Positions 39,224-49,861 of a stretch of 64,000 bases of DNA are shown in pieces; the first letter of the stretch is position 1, and each line of letters starts with the position of its first letter. The position numbers were made by a program, and so were the translations under genes. The DNA is from a virus. The notes under the pieces are model-generated. The model was given only the letters and a program-made list of their open reading frames with translations. It was not told the origin of the DNA and searched no databases. Where the stretch lies: IMG/VR virus record IMGVR_UViG_3300042484_002006. The stretch is one strand, 5' to 3'.

Positions 39224-42200
39224 ATGAAGCAATATTTGCTACTTTTGAAAAGTTCTGATTTTAATAAATCTAGTAATATCTGGACAACTGACGCTATAAA
39301 TCTATATAGCAATGACCAATATAAAAACTATTCATCTATAAGATCGCCATCTGGTCTAAATTTGATAGGGGATAGAACATTTGTTGGAACAGAATTGACT
39401 TCACCATCCACGCTGCATGACTATACTCCACTCAATGCCAATGCTATATATGCAACAGATATTGGAGAAGTAATATATGAAGAAGCCACACCTAATGTTC
39501 AAAGGTTTATAGATACTTCTTCCAGAATAGATATTCTAAGTTATAGACATATTTTTACAAATATACCAGGAACTATATCGCCAACTTTTAATATTCAGAT
39601 GTATGAGTCAGATAATGAGAATGGGCCATGGCTAAAATCTTCCCTTAGAGGAGACACTAATGCTATTTTTATCAGAAATGCAAAGCCCTACATAAAAGTA
39701 GAACTTGAACTATACGCTGACGAGATAGATATCAACCAACTTGGTTTAGTATTTTATCTAGAAATAGGAATTTATAATCCAATTTCCCCAGTAATATCTA
39801 ATTCTGTAAGAAATATTCTTAAAAGATTCCCTTCTTGGACAGCATTATTCGAGGATTCAATAGCGGATGCTACGCCAAGTCTGGCAACTCCTGAGTCAAC
39901 CGGTGGTTCATTTTTAAATGCCCTAGTCGGAGAAAATTTAGATTATATATCTGGCCAGATTGATTTATATGGGATTAATGCATATATCAATAGTGCAGAT
40001 ATAAATGAACTAGCATGGTGCTACGTGTCCTATAATGTGCCTGCAAATATCAATACAATAGTTGGCGACGATATACCGTTAAGCAGAGTTTCTTCTTTAT
40101 TAGATTTCTTTAGTTCTCGATCCACAGATTATGTGTTTTATTATAATCCGGTAGATCGTCAATTAATTACAATGAGAAATTTTTCAATATTAAAAATTAA
40201 TGATATCACCTATAGCCAGGATCCGTTAAACATATATAATGATTTTGATGAATTCGGCGCCCGCGTCAGCTTGCCAAGACTTAATTTAGAGTCGAACTCT
40301 AATTATAAAAAGAGAATTTTAGATGTTACTAAAAATATTCCTGGCGTCTCTATGGACGCATATAAGAAAACTCTTAGAAGAGAATTGGACCTATGGAGAG
40401 CATATGGCGCTACACCCGATTCCGATTATTTAGGCGCAACTCCAGAGATTTTAGAAATATCTGATATTGAATCTTCAGCAGATTATTTCTCCGAAGATGG
40501 TAAGCCACTCTCATCTTTTAAGCAGTTAGTGGAAGAATTAAATATTAAATATCCAAGTAATTTAGGATATGTTAATTGGGGCGATGGAGTATGGGATTAT
40601 GCTGGAACACTTGGTGAAGGTATAAGCAGAATTGCAGCTATTTATGATACAGATACAGATCTTCCAGCTGCGTACTATCAACCTGGTGTTGGTGACTTCG
40701 ATGACGCTAAGCTAATGATAGATCCAGTTGAATCAGCGACGGTATCATTTTCCGGACATATTGAAATTGGCGGAACAAAAAGAAGCAGCACGCCCTCGTA
40801 TGTATACTCTCCAGTAGACATCCATTACTCCTGGTACTTAAATTACACTAGAACAGTTTCAGATTACGAAGCAGGTCGGGCCAATGATAGGGGCGTAGCA
40901 TTGGCGTATGAAATTGTGATTCCGCCTCACGATAATTATGCAGCAACAAATACTTTCTATACCAATCTATCTTATCTAGATAGAGATGATATGTATGTTG
41001 GAAATAGATTCTTATCTACTCACTCTGCAAGTCCAGAATTTAGTCTGATAAAAATATTTGATCAAGATGGACTAACTTTAACTGATCTTGAGTTTAGAAA
41101 TAAAGTAACAAATGACGTGTATTATAATACAGAGGCTACCCCAGCATCAAATTCAATTAGCGTCTATGACGCAGCTAGCGTTAAGACCACATATAGTGTC
41201 AGGTGGAATCAGGGAACACAATCGTACGATACAGTGCCAGTCGCAGGCTATAGAGCTTCTTTTAATACATCACCTATAGCATATGCATCCAACCCAAGCC
41301 CCAGCACCTCTACCACAATAACATCACCAAATATAGACTACGTAAATGCGAATCTACGCATTGGATCTACTGTTTATGCAACTAAGCAAGAAGTAAAAAA
41401 TTCTGATGTATTAACTTCTAATATTGTATTAAACTCTATAAATGATATATCTGCCGCCGGTAAAGAAGATAAAATTATATCTTTTAAAGATGACCTATTG
41501 GATAGTGTAATATATCCACCTGGCGCAACGCTAAACTACCTATATATAAATGCAGCTACGCCAGCAATACAAGACCTCTATCGTTCTGGATCGTATTCTT
41601 CCCATGGCGGATATGCAATAGATCCATATACTCAAGATTCATATTTAGTGCCATCATCTCCAAATATTAAGTATGGTTTTTATGCATCAAATAATACTTT
41701 AATAGGATCTAAAGACTATTTAACATCTGCAACAGTAAACTTCTCTTCTACTACTCCTAATTACATTCTTATTGACGCTGGAACTCCTTCATCTTACTAT
41801 CCTTTCGATAAGATTACTAATGAAATATTCACCGCTACCACAACACCCAGTATATTTAGTGGTTATATTGATGAAAATAATAATACTTATAATAAGATAA
41901 ATGAATCAAAAAATTACTTCTATAATCAAGATAAATTCTTGCAGACTATTGATTTAAATAGAACTTCTTTTAATCTAGATTTAGAAGATATATATGATAT
42001 CAATTATGTCAAACTTGCAGCGACACCGAATAGCATAGAAGCTTATGTAGATAATCCTGAGGTACTATTAAATAGTTTAAACTCCTCAATATCTTCAAGT
42101 GAAAAAATATACGTAAATGTCAATGCCAAGAGAACTAATCTAAATGAGAGTTCATATCTTACTGGATTAAATACCGGCTGGTTATATCTTGATCAGGATC

Positions 42201-43792
42201 AACACTATATTTATGCTAATCCAGTAACCCAAATTCATAATGGAAAATTCTTTCAAATTGAATTAACTTCTATACCTAGATTTGGTGCACCTATAATAGT
42301 CAACGTTGCCAATGATTCAGCTACACCAGCCGTTCAGTATAGGAATTTAATATTTACTGATTCAGCTACACCTGGTAAGGCAAGTTTCTATAATACTGAA
42401 AATGTTCTTGGAAATAGTGGAAACTCTTTATATCTAGCATATGAGAATATATCTAATATATCTGTAAAAGATTTATATACAGGAAAAACTTTATATAATA
42501 ATTTGAGTACGGCAACTAATGTTATTTCGCCATTCTCAGAGGCTACCCCATCAGTCCAGGGTAGAGAATACGAAGTCGTATATTATGTTAATAACGCTTT
42601 TTATGTAGATAAAGATGTCTATTCCAGCGCAAAAGATTCTTACGTAGCTAACTTATATCTATCTACAACTCCTTCAACTGTGTCACCTACTCCTTCTTAT
42701 GAAATAATTTATGAATCAGATTACATGAATTCTTTCAATAGTATAGACCTTGATATTAATCAGGTTAGCAATCCCTTAGAAGAGGGATATGTTTACATTG
42801 ACACTAATGAATACGAATATGGATCTATAGAAGCCTATCTTTCTCCCGCACATATAACTGATTCAGCAGAAGATCTAATGTATCTATCAATAGTATCCTA
42901 TGATTTAAATGGCAACTTAAAGCCAAATATGTCTTTCGATATCTATGGGGTAGATATTGAGGCCGAAGATACTCAAGTGCAAACAAATGATAATGGTTTC
43001 GCTACTACTATAATTAGATACACTGGCGTTATACCCGCTATAACTAATGAAAGTTCAATATTAATTTCCGGAATAACAGATACACCCACAGCTGGGCATC
43101 AGGAGACAATACCATTCAAAATTTATACTAATAATAAATTTCATTTACAGGTAAAGGCAACACCAGTAAGATATTCCATCCAGGCTGATGGACTAACAAA
43201 TGCTTCAATTGTAGGTAGAGTTTATTGGAAGAATAGACCATTTGAACACGCAATAGATCTTAGCTGGATTAAAGAAAGAACTTTATTAGATTTATTTGAT
43301 GGCACTCCAGTTAATATTGTTACCACTAACACAGACGGATCTTTTACAATTAATGACAGTATCCTTGCGGAGGATAATACTAATCCAGGACATTGGTTTC
43401 TTAAGATTGAGGTTAATAATCCAACTATAGTGAGAAATTTATTAATAAATGATGGGGAAGATTTATCTGCAACTGCCGTTACTATATCTGGTGACATTGT
43501 TTACTGGAATGAGGCATACGATAATGTCCAGTATGCTAGTGAAGGACTACCACTACCCAGTGCCTTTATTCATAGCAAGCAGCAAAATTCAGATCTAACT
43601 GCGACCCCTAATTTCGTATATAGGCATTCAGATTCTTCTAGTATTATTTCAAATGACGCTACACCAAATTGGATTCCAGAAAAATGGGTTCCATTAAGAA
43701 AATTTGATCAATATCAATTAAAGCTATTTGGATCAACTCCAGAATATATAACAACCTTAGAGAATTCTCATCCAGATTATGAGGAACAGTAA
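39224..43792 (+). CDS. Large baseplate wedge/peripheral structural protein (1522 aa)
   Basis: Follows the gpJ-like gene. Contains FDEFGARVSLPRLNLESNSNYKKRILDV, similar to wedge gpI/gp7-like segments, and a beta-rich C-terminal region with an Ig-like end. Confidence 0.55.
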   Translation: MKQYLLLLKSSDFNKSSNIWTTDAINLYSNDQYKNYSSIRSPSGLNLIGDRTFVGTELTSPSTLHDYTPLNANAIYATDIGEVIYEEATPNVQRFIDTSSRIDILSYRHIFTNIPGTISPTFNIQMYESDNENGPWLKSSLRGDTNAIFIRNAKPYIKVELELYADEIDINQLGLVFYLEIGIYNPISPVISNSVRNILKRFPSWTALFEDSIADATPSLATPESTGGSFLNALVGENLDYISGQIDLYGINAYINSADINELAWCYVSYNVPANINTIVGDDIPLSRVSSLLDFFSSRSTDYVFYYNPVDRQLITMRNFSILKINDITYSQDPLNIYNDFDEFGARVSLPRLNLESNSNYKKRILDVTKNIPGVSMDAYKKTLRRELDLWRAYGATPDSDYLGATPEILEISDIESSADYFSEDGKPLSSFKQLVEELNIKYPSNLGYVNWGDGVWDYAGTLGEGISRIAAIYDTDTDLPAAYYQPGVGDFDDAKLMIDPVESATVSFSGHIEIGGTKRSSTPSYVYSPVDIHYSWYLNYTRTVSDYEAGRANDRGVALAYEIVIPPHDNYAATNTFYTNLSYLDRDDMYVGNRFLSTHSASPEFSLIKIFDQDGLTLTDLEFRNKVTNDVYYNTEATPASNSISVYDAASVKTTYSVRWNQGTQSYDTVPVAGYRASFNTSPIAYASNPSPSTSTTITSPNIDYVNANLRIGSTVYATKQEVKNSDVLTSNIVLNSINDISAAGKEDKIISFKDDLLDSVIYPPGATLNYLYINAATPAIQDLYRSGSYSSHGGYAIDPYTQDSYLVPSSPNIKYGFYASNNTLIGSKDYLTSATVNFSSTTPNYILIDAGTPSSYYPFDKITNEIFTATTTPSIFSGYIDENNNTYNKINESKNYFYNQDKFLQTIDLNRTSFNLDLEDIYDINYVKLAATPNSIEAYVDNPEVLLNSLNSSISSSEKIYVNVNAKRTNLNESSYLTGLNTGWLYLDQDQHYIYANPVTQIHNGKFFQIELTSIPRFGAPIIVNVANDSATPAVQYRNLIFTDSATPGKASFYNTENVLGNSGNSLYLAYENISNISVKDLYTGKTLYNNLSTATNVISPFSEATPSVQGREYEVVYYVNNAFYVDKDVYSSAKDSYVANLYLSTTPSTVSPTPSYEIIYESDYMNSFNSIDLDINQVSNPLEEGYVYIDTNEYEYGSIEAYLSPAHITDSAEDLMYLSIVSYDLNGNLKPNMSFDIYGVDIEAEDTQVQTNDNGFATTIIRYTGVIPAITNESSILISGITDTPTAGHQETIPFKIYTNNKFHLQVKATPVRYSIQADGLTNASIVGRVYWKNRPFEHAIDLSWIKERTLLDLFDGTPVNIVTTNTDGSFTINDSILAEDNTNPGHWFLKIEVNNPTIVRNLLINDGEDLSATAVTISGDIVYWNEAYDNVQYASEGLPLPSAFIHSKQQNSDLTATPNFVYRHSDSSSIISNDATPNWIPEKWVPLRKFDQYQLKLFGSTPEYITTLENSHPDYEEQ

Positions 43793-46700
43793 TGAAAAAA
43801 TTTGAAAATTTAACAACAGATGGCAATGAAAAGTCGGTTAAAATTGGCAAGAATATTCCCACAGAAGCTGCTGGTATATCATGGTTTTCTTCCTTAAAGG
43901 TTAGTCCAAGAAATAATATTTCTGTAGTAGATATATCTGGAACTATACAAGAAAATAGAATTACAAATGAAGACGGATTACAAGCAACTTTAGCGTTCGC
44001 TGACGAGCTAGGTTTTTTAAAAAAAATAGATGGAACTTATGATTTTCCAAGTAATGATATTACTGTTGGCAATATATTCTTAAATAGAGCAACAAATACA
44101 GAAAAAATAGATATCACTCAAACGGACGCAAGTGGCTTTGTTCACTACATATATATCAGCAGATACTTTATAAATGGTCCGGCAAATATGTCTTTAATAT
44201 CTTTAAAGCAATATGTTCCGTTTGAATCAATTAGAGGCCTTAATATTAAAGTTTTAGATGCGGGCAATAATGATTATGTAGACCCAATAACTAATATTAA
44301 AAAATATAGAATTCTTTTAGAACCGTTTAAAACTTCAAGTAATTATGCGGGAAACGAATGGCCTTATAGAATTATAGTTCTTCTTGACTCAGATGAACCT
44401 ACTAATCTAAAATTAGTATATGATAAAGTAGAATGTGACGACAACGCAAACGTATATAATTTAAATTTAAATTACACCGAGACAATAAACGCTATTACTT
44501 ACTTTAACGAAATCCCGGAAGAATCATTTGTTATAGATAATAATTATAAAGATAAAAATAATTTTTCTATTAAAAAAATAGATGATAAATATCGAACTTT
44601 AATCTCTGAAGTAAATAAACAAAGTGGTTATCAAATAGTGGTACCATCAAAAGCCATCAAAGATTATAGAACTTTTGAAGTTTTTAACTGGCGCATGATT
44701 GCCAGGACAAGAAATAATATTAATTTTGATCAAATTAATCATGGCTCAGAAGTGGATTCTTCTGGCACTATTGTACAAAAAACTGTTAAGGTTGGAGTTT
44801 TATATAGCTCATCAACTCAAGAAAATAATTCTACTGTTAACCCATATGTTTTTGCAAGGTTGCAAAACTCTCCGTTTAATTTGGCTAAATATACATTCGT
44901 TAATCCCAACGCAACAGGCACAGACAAAACATTGGCCTCTTATTGGAAGGTCGATATAGATTCTATTGATGATCTTAATAATTTTGATGTTTTAGCATGG
45001 TCTCCACCAGTATCAATAACAGCAAATCAAAACGCCAAAATTCAAGAATTTCTAAGAAAAAATGGAACTTTAATTCTTGATATGAGCAGTGGGACATGCA
45101 ATGCCACAGTACTAAATCCACAATTAAGCTTAAGTTCAGCAACAACTTCATCCAACTACATAGATACTGTAGATACTAATGTTTTATTGGATAATACTAA
45201 AAATGGTGGATGGACAATACAAGATGGCATTTTTGAAAAAGACAACTATGGAATATATGGATCTAATTATTCATATAGGGGAAACGCCTATAAAAATTAC
45301 AAGTATTTTAATAGTGCAGCAACAGCAAACTCATTCTTAAATTTAGGCGCAAGTTCTACATCTGCATATAGCGCAGGTGTAGTATTAGCCTATCCGAATA
45401 GTGGAGATTCATTATCTCGAGGCAATATTATTGGAACAACGTTCCCACTAATGCCGTATTGCAACTCTATTTATAGTGTAAATAGTCCAGAGCAAGTAGC
45501 CGATTCGAACTATGGCCCCACTGCAGCAGATCCGAGTGGAACTACATTGTATTCCGGTATCGTTGAGGGTCCTTTTAAGTTATTGTACAATATAGTTTCC
45601 TACGCTTTGTATTGCAGGAGCCAAGCAACTCGTTCAATAGATATCAGAAGTTCTTTATATAATTTTATTACACAGTGGGATTCGTCATGGACTATGGATC
45701 AAGATGCGTTATTTGATGATGAAAAAGAACAGTATTTTACACAGATATCAATTAATAATCTAGGATCTAAATATGCTAGAAATATCATAAGCAATAATAG
45801 CTCTATATTTGATTTTTATAAATCATCTTTAAGTAGCTTTTTGCCCCCTGCACAAAGAGAAATAATTCAAAATTTATCGTCATCTAATGTTGAAATATTC
45901 ATAGAGGTTACAAATCCTGATGTCGCAATAAGTAATACGACAGTAGTCAATACCAGTACAAATATTAATAATGAAAATATACCTTCATCTTATTATTTAT
46001 TTAAAGTGATAGATCCAAATATTAAATGTTTTGCGTATACAAATAAAGTTTCTCCAAAGTTAACAATACCAAGTAACTTTGGTGCCTATGCAATCATGGA
46101 TAGTCAACATAGCACTTCTGGTACATTGAGGTTAAATAATGAATTAAATGTATTAAATTCTTTTAGATCTTATCCATTTAATTTAACATCTAAATATAAC
46201 TACGCTAGAGCCATAGATAAACCCGTATCATTTGATGTAAATTTAGATACTTCACTAACAGTGACATTTAACGCTTCCTTAAAGGAAGTTAGACAAGTCA
46301 CTACCAATCCCACTAAACCGAGTGGAGAGGTAGTAACAGTTGGCGCACCCTGCATATCGATTAAATCAGCTATTGATGATCTAGGATTGTTAAGAACAAC
46401 AGCTAGTTCAAACGCAAATAATGTTTTCCCATACACTGGAGACATAGATATCCATAAGAGTACTAGAATATGGTATTACCAAGGTGGACCCCCTCCTCCA
46501 AATGATTTAACCCCAGAAGATATAGCCGGAATAGCATCAGCTATCTTAGCAGCAGCGGGTGTCGCAAGTACTTCAACGTGGACAAGTGCTAGTTTCGTCA
46601 ATACAAAAGCCAAGCCGCCGACTGATAGCGGAGCAACAACTGGTAGCACAACTACAACTGTAGCTCCTACTACTACAACCCCAAGAGCAACACCTACGAG

Positions 46701-47118
46701 TACTGCTCCTCCGACCACTACACCAGCGACCACTTCTACTACCACTAGTACAACCATCCCAGCTAACACTACACCACCCATCACCGCTGGACCACCGACT
46801 ACCACGATAGCATCCCCGCCAAGAGATACACGCGTAGCGTTAAAGTCCTGGAAATTTAAAGGAAAAGCTTTCAATAAAACAAACACTGCTGTTATTGACG
46901 CAGAAATTTATATTTCAATTTTTTCTGATAAAACTATCAAAAGAACAGTTTATAGGTTAACTGGAAATTTCAATAATCCACTTGAATATGTTACACATGC
47001 GACATGGTCAATATCAGACGCTCTAAAAATAGCACCAACTTCTGCATTTTCTAGCACTTTTGGTGGTGGTCCTAACGACTACGTGGCAATTTACAACAAG
47101 ATAAAAGCATATGCATAG
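43792..47118 (+). CDS. Large virion structural protein (1108 aa) with an alpha/beta domain and a C-terminal Pro/Thr-rich tail
   Basis: LNNFDVLAWS...IQEFLRKNGTLILD resembles DUF4159/GATase-like folds. Thr/Pro low-complexity tract about 46620-46820. Ends at TAG in frame with the next gene. Confidence 0.55.
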   Translation: MKKFENLTTDGNEKSVKIGKNIPTEAAGISWFSSLKVSPRNNISVVDISGTIQENRITNEDGLQATLAFADELGFLKKIDGTYDFPSNDITVGNIFLNRATNTEKIDITQTDASGFVHYIYISRYFINGPANMSLISLKQYVPFESIRGLNIKVLDAGNNDYVDPITNIKKYRILLEPFKTSSNYAGNEWPYRIIVLLDSDEPTNLKLVYDKVECDDNANVYNLNLNYTETINAITYFNEIPEESFVIDNNYKDKNNFSIKKIDDKYRTLISEVNKQSGYQIVVPSKAIKDYRTFEVFNWRMIARTRNNINFDQINHGSEVDSSGTIVQKTVKVGVLYSSSTQENNSTVNPYVFARLQNSPFNLAKYTFVNPNATGTDKTLASYWKVDIDSIDDLNNFDVLAWSPPVSITANQNAKIQEFLRKNGTLILDMSSGTCNATVLNPQLSLSSATTSSNYIDTVDTNVLLDNTKNGGWTIQDGIFEKDNYGIYGSNYSYRGNAYKNYKYFNSAATANSFLNLGASSTSAYSAGVVLAYPNSGDSLSRGNIIGTTFPLMPYCNSIYSVNSPEQVADSNYGPTAADPSGTTLYSGIVEGPFKLLYNIVSYALYCRSQATRSIDIRSSLYNFITQWDSSWTMDQDALFDDEKEQYFTQISINNLGSKYARNIISNNSSIFDFYKSSLSSFLPPAQREIIQNLSSSNVEIFIEVTNPDVAISNTTVVNTSTNINNENIPSSYYLFKVIDPNIKCFAYTNKVSPKLTIPSNFGAYAIMDSQHSTSGTLRLNNELNVLNSFRSYPFNLTSKYNYARAIDKPVSFDVNLDTSLTVTFNASLKEVRQVTTNPTKPSGEVVTVGAPCISIKSAIDDLGLLRTTASSNANNVFPYTGDIDIHKSTRIWYYQGGPPPPNDLTPEDIAGIASAILAAAGVASTSTWTSASFVNTKAKPPTDSGATTGSTTTTVAPTTTTPRATPTSTAPPTTTPATTSTTTSTTIPANTTPPITAGPPTTTIASPPRDTRVALKSWKFKGKAFNKTNTAVIDAEIYISIFSDKTIKRTVYRLTGNFNNPLEYVTHATWSISDALKIAPTSAFSSTFGGGPNDYVAIYNKIKAYA

Positions 47119-47136
47119 GCTAGACTGGAATATATA

Positions 47137-49860
47137 ATGGCTGCTCACGAATACGTAAAGTACATACAGTTCACTCTATCCGCTCATGGATCTTATAAAG
47201 ATAAAGTAGATGGAATCTATGGTCGCAAAACTATGGACGCTGTTCACTCTTTTCAGCAAGCTTTTAATGAAAGGTACATTGACGGAAAAGTAGATAGTGA
47301 GACTAAATGGCATCTAGCTTTATTCTGGAAGAATGAAGTTAATTTTGATAATTGGATAATTTGGGCTAGAGATGTAACTAAAGTTCCAGAAGTTATCAAG
47401 TATATGCAGGCAGCTCGCTCTACTGTTTTGGCATCAGATATAGGTAATGCAACCTATAGGAAAATTACATTTACAGGATTTGGTGGACCAAGTGAAGCTA
47501 AAGATATTATATTCTTTGAAGTAGATACTTCAAAATTAAAAACTGTAACTTCAATTTCTATTGAAGCCGATACTAATCCGCTTTGGAGAAATTTCTATAT
47601 TGACATGTACGGATGGTCCTCTGCCTATACTACTGATATATATCAAACAAACGTACAAAGCATTAGCGCGTATGCTTTAAACAATAATATTGAGATTCAA
47701 ATGGGCGGGATGCCTGCCACAGACTGTAGATATATGTGGATATTGGTTACTGGAAAATCAGTTCCATACTATGGAAGTGGAGAAGGTTTCGGCATTAGAG
47801 CAATTGACGCTTTTGGAACTTCTATCAAGGAAGAATCTCCTGGAGCAGATCCAGTTAATGAAGTGGTTATACCTGTTCGACAAACTATCGTAACTGCAAC
47901 AGTAGAATCTGAGGAGACTCACAATAATGTGACATCTGCCTTGGATGCAAGTAAAACATATACTACTTCTAATCTAAATAGAGGCGCTTCTTTTGTTACT
48001 TCAATTACCTATTCTGATCCACAAATATTTGAGGGAACTAAAACTGAGACTTTTGCAAATGGTGAATATAAGCTAGACAATAATACAACTCATACTTTTG
48101 ATAATCTGATGATAAATTTTGCAAGCGCGCCAACATCAGTAACACTAAATAGTGCAGCTGTAACTCAAGTAACTTCTAGCGGGAGTACTGTTACAGGAAG
48201 TCCAATAACGCTAGTAACATCGGGCAATCAGTACAGTTTAACTACGTCAGCTATTTATTATAGTGGAAGTCAAATATTTAATATTACCAATTCTTTAGCA
48301 ACTGGATATAAACTCAGAACAATTGACGGTCGTATTTTTTCTGATTCAAGAAACTCAGTAGATGTGAATGACGGAATTTTATTGCTATGCAATCAAAGTG
48401 GATCGCCGTATGGACTACCAACCTCAGCTGAAATCAATACGCAATTAACAGGAATATCTTCAATAAATAGTGAAGAAATAGATTTAAGATATGGTTCATT
48501 TATAGTAAAAAATGAAACAGAAAATCAAGATGGATTCATTTATGGTTTTTATGATATTCTGGAAAAAGAATTTTTAGGAAATCAAATAACTTACATAGAC
48601 ATTGTATCTAGAGGTGTCAGCAATATATTTATTGGAGTCTGTGCAATAGATGCAGACGGCAATACTCAAAATAAAAATGAATATATTGGCCCAACATTAA
48701 ATACAACATTCAAGCCAGTGAATGTTCCACTTAGAACAATAGTCCCAGTATATTCTGTTAAAACTAATTCTAATTCTGCTATTAAAGTTGGAAAAATGAA
48801 TGATAATTTATCCAAGTTCAACGCATGGCCACTGCCATTGACTACTGGAAGTTTCTGGAAGAAGATTTCTATTTCTCCTGAAAACAAATGGACGGGCTGG
48901 AAGGCCAATTATATTAATCAAGAATTAAATGCAGAGTACACAACAATTAATGAATTTGAATCTGCATCGTCAGAACTATTTGGTTTTGGACATCAGGATA
49001 TTATTAACGAATCTCCATCCATACTTAGTTCTAATAAAATTAAGGTAAGCTCCACGCCCATTTTAGCTTGGAATCATCCTACGAATAATAAAAATTCAAT
49101 AGTTGGAATTATTAAACCTCAAATTAAGATTTATACTAGAGAATCAGTATCTTCGGAATGGGTAGAGGTTGCGTATTCAGCAATTAAAGATATTGATTGT
49201 TATAACGGTTTAATAGAATTTAATAAAAATATCATACCACAAAATCCTGAATTAGTTAAAGTTAACTATACAACAGTTAATAAGGATATACTTCTCAATC
49301 ATATAAATGGAGTGCCAATTCCATTGAATCCTGTTTTGAATTCTGATAATGTCTATTATAATCAACCTTTATATGTTTATATACTTCCGAAAAATATCTA
49401 TAAAAAAGAAAATATTCAAAATAATACAAATAATTTAATTAAAATTAATGATTATTTATACGATTCTCCAATCCAATTTACTTATGATTCATCTATTTTC
49501 GACAATAGATCGTCTGAGTATGACCCGTTTGCTCTACCAATAGCGACTATATACGTAACCAATAATCCATATAGTGTAGCACCAGATACTGTAGACTTGA
49601 GATTGAAGGGTGGCGGAGTAGCTATAGATAAAACAAATTATGAGTTGATGGAGGCAATTCCTGAGGTACTATCTTTCTGGGATGTCTACTCTCCATCCGG
49701 TAAAGCTTATAACAAGGGTGGATATGTTATAATTAGAATACCAGAAGAAGTAAAAGATTATTTTGTAGACCAAAAAGAAATCTATAATATTATATCTAAT
49801 AATCTAACAGCTGGTATAGCTTACGAGCTTCAGGATATGGATGGGAACAGTTGGAACTGA
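47137..49860 (+). CDS. Virion structural protein (907 aa) beginning with a partial peptidoglycan-binding (PG_binding_1-like) domain
   Basis: EYVKYIQFTL...VDGIYGRKTMDAVHSFQQ...IDGKVDSET matches the PG_binding_1 pattern, but the leading residues are missing. Confidence 0.6.
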   Translation: MAAHEYVKYIQFTLSAHGSYKDKVDGIYGRKTMDAVHSFQQAFNERYIDGKVDSETKWHLALFWKNEVNFDNWIIWARDVTKVPEVIKYMQAARSTVLASDIGNATYRKITFTGFGGPSEAKDIIFFEVDTSKLKTVTSISIEADTNPLWRNFYIDMYGWSSAYTTDIYQTNVQSISAYALNNNIEIQMGGMPATDCRYMWILVTGKSVPYYGSGEGFGIRAIDAFGTSIKEESPGADPVNEVVIPVRQTIVTATVESEETHNNVTSALDASKTYTTSNLNRGASFVTSITYSDPQIFEGTKTETFANGEYKLDNNTTHTFDNLMINFASAPTSVTLNSAAVTQVTSSGSTVTGSPITLVTSGNQYSLTTSAIYYSGSQIFNITNSLATGYKLRTIDGRIFSDSRNSVDVNDGILLLCNQSGSPYGLPTSAEINTQLTGISSINSEEIDLRYGSFIVKNETENQDGFIYGFYDILEKEFLGNQITYIDIVSRGVSNIFIGVCAIDADGNTQNKNEYIGPTLNTTFKPVNVPLRTIVPVYSVKTNSNSAIKVGKMNDNLSKFNAWPLPLTTGSFWKKISISPENKWTGWKANYINQELNAEYTTINEFESASSELFGFGHQDIINESPSILSSNKIKVSSTPILAWNHPTNNKNSIVGIIKPQIKIYTRESVSSEWVEVAYSAIKDIDCYNGLIEFNKNIIPQNPELVKVNYTTVNKDILLNHINGVPIPLNPVLNSDNVYYNQPLYVYILPKNIYKKENIQNNTNNLIKINDYLYDSPIQFTYDSSIFDNRSSEYDPFALPIATIYVTNNPYSVAPDTVDLRLKGGGVAIDKTNYELMEAIPEVLSFWDVYSPSGKAYNKGGYVIIRIPEEVKDYFVDQKEIYNIISNNLTAGIAYELQDMDGNSWN

Positions 49861-49861
49861 C

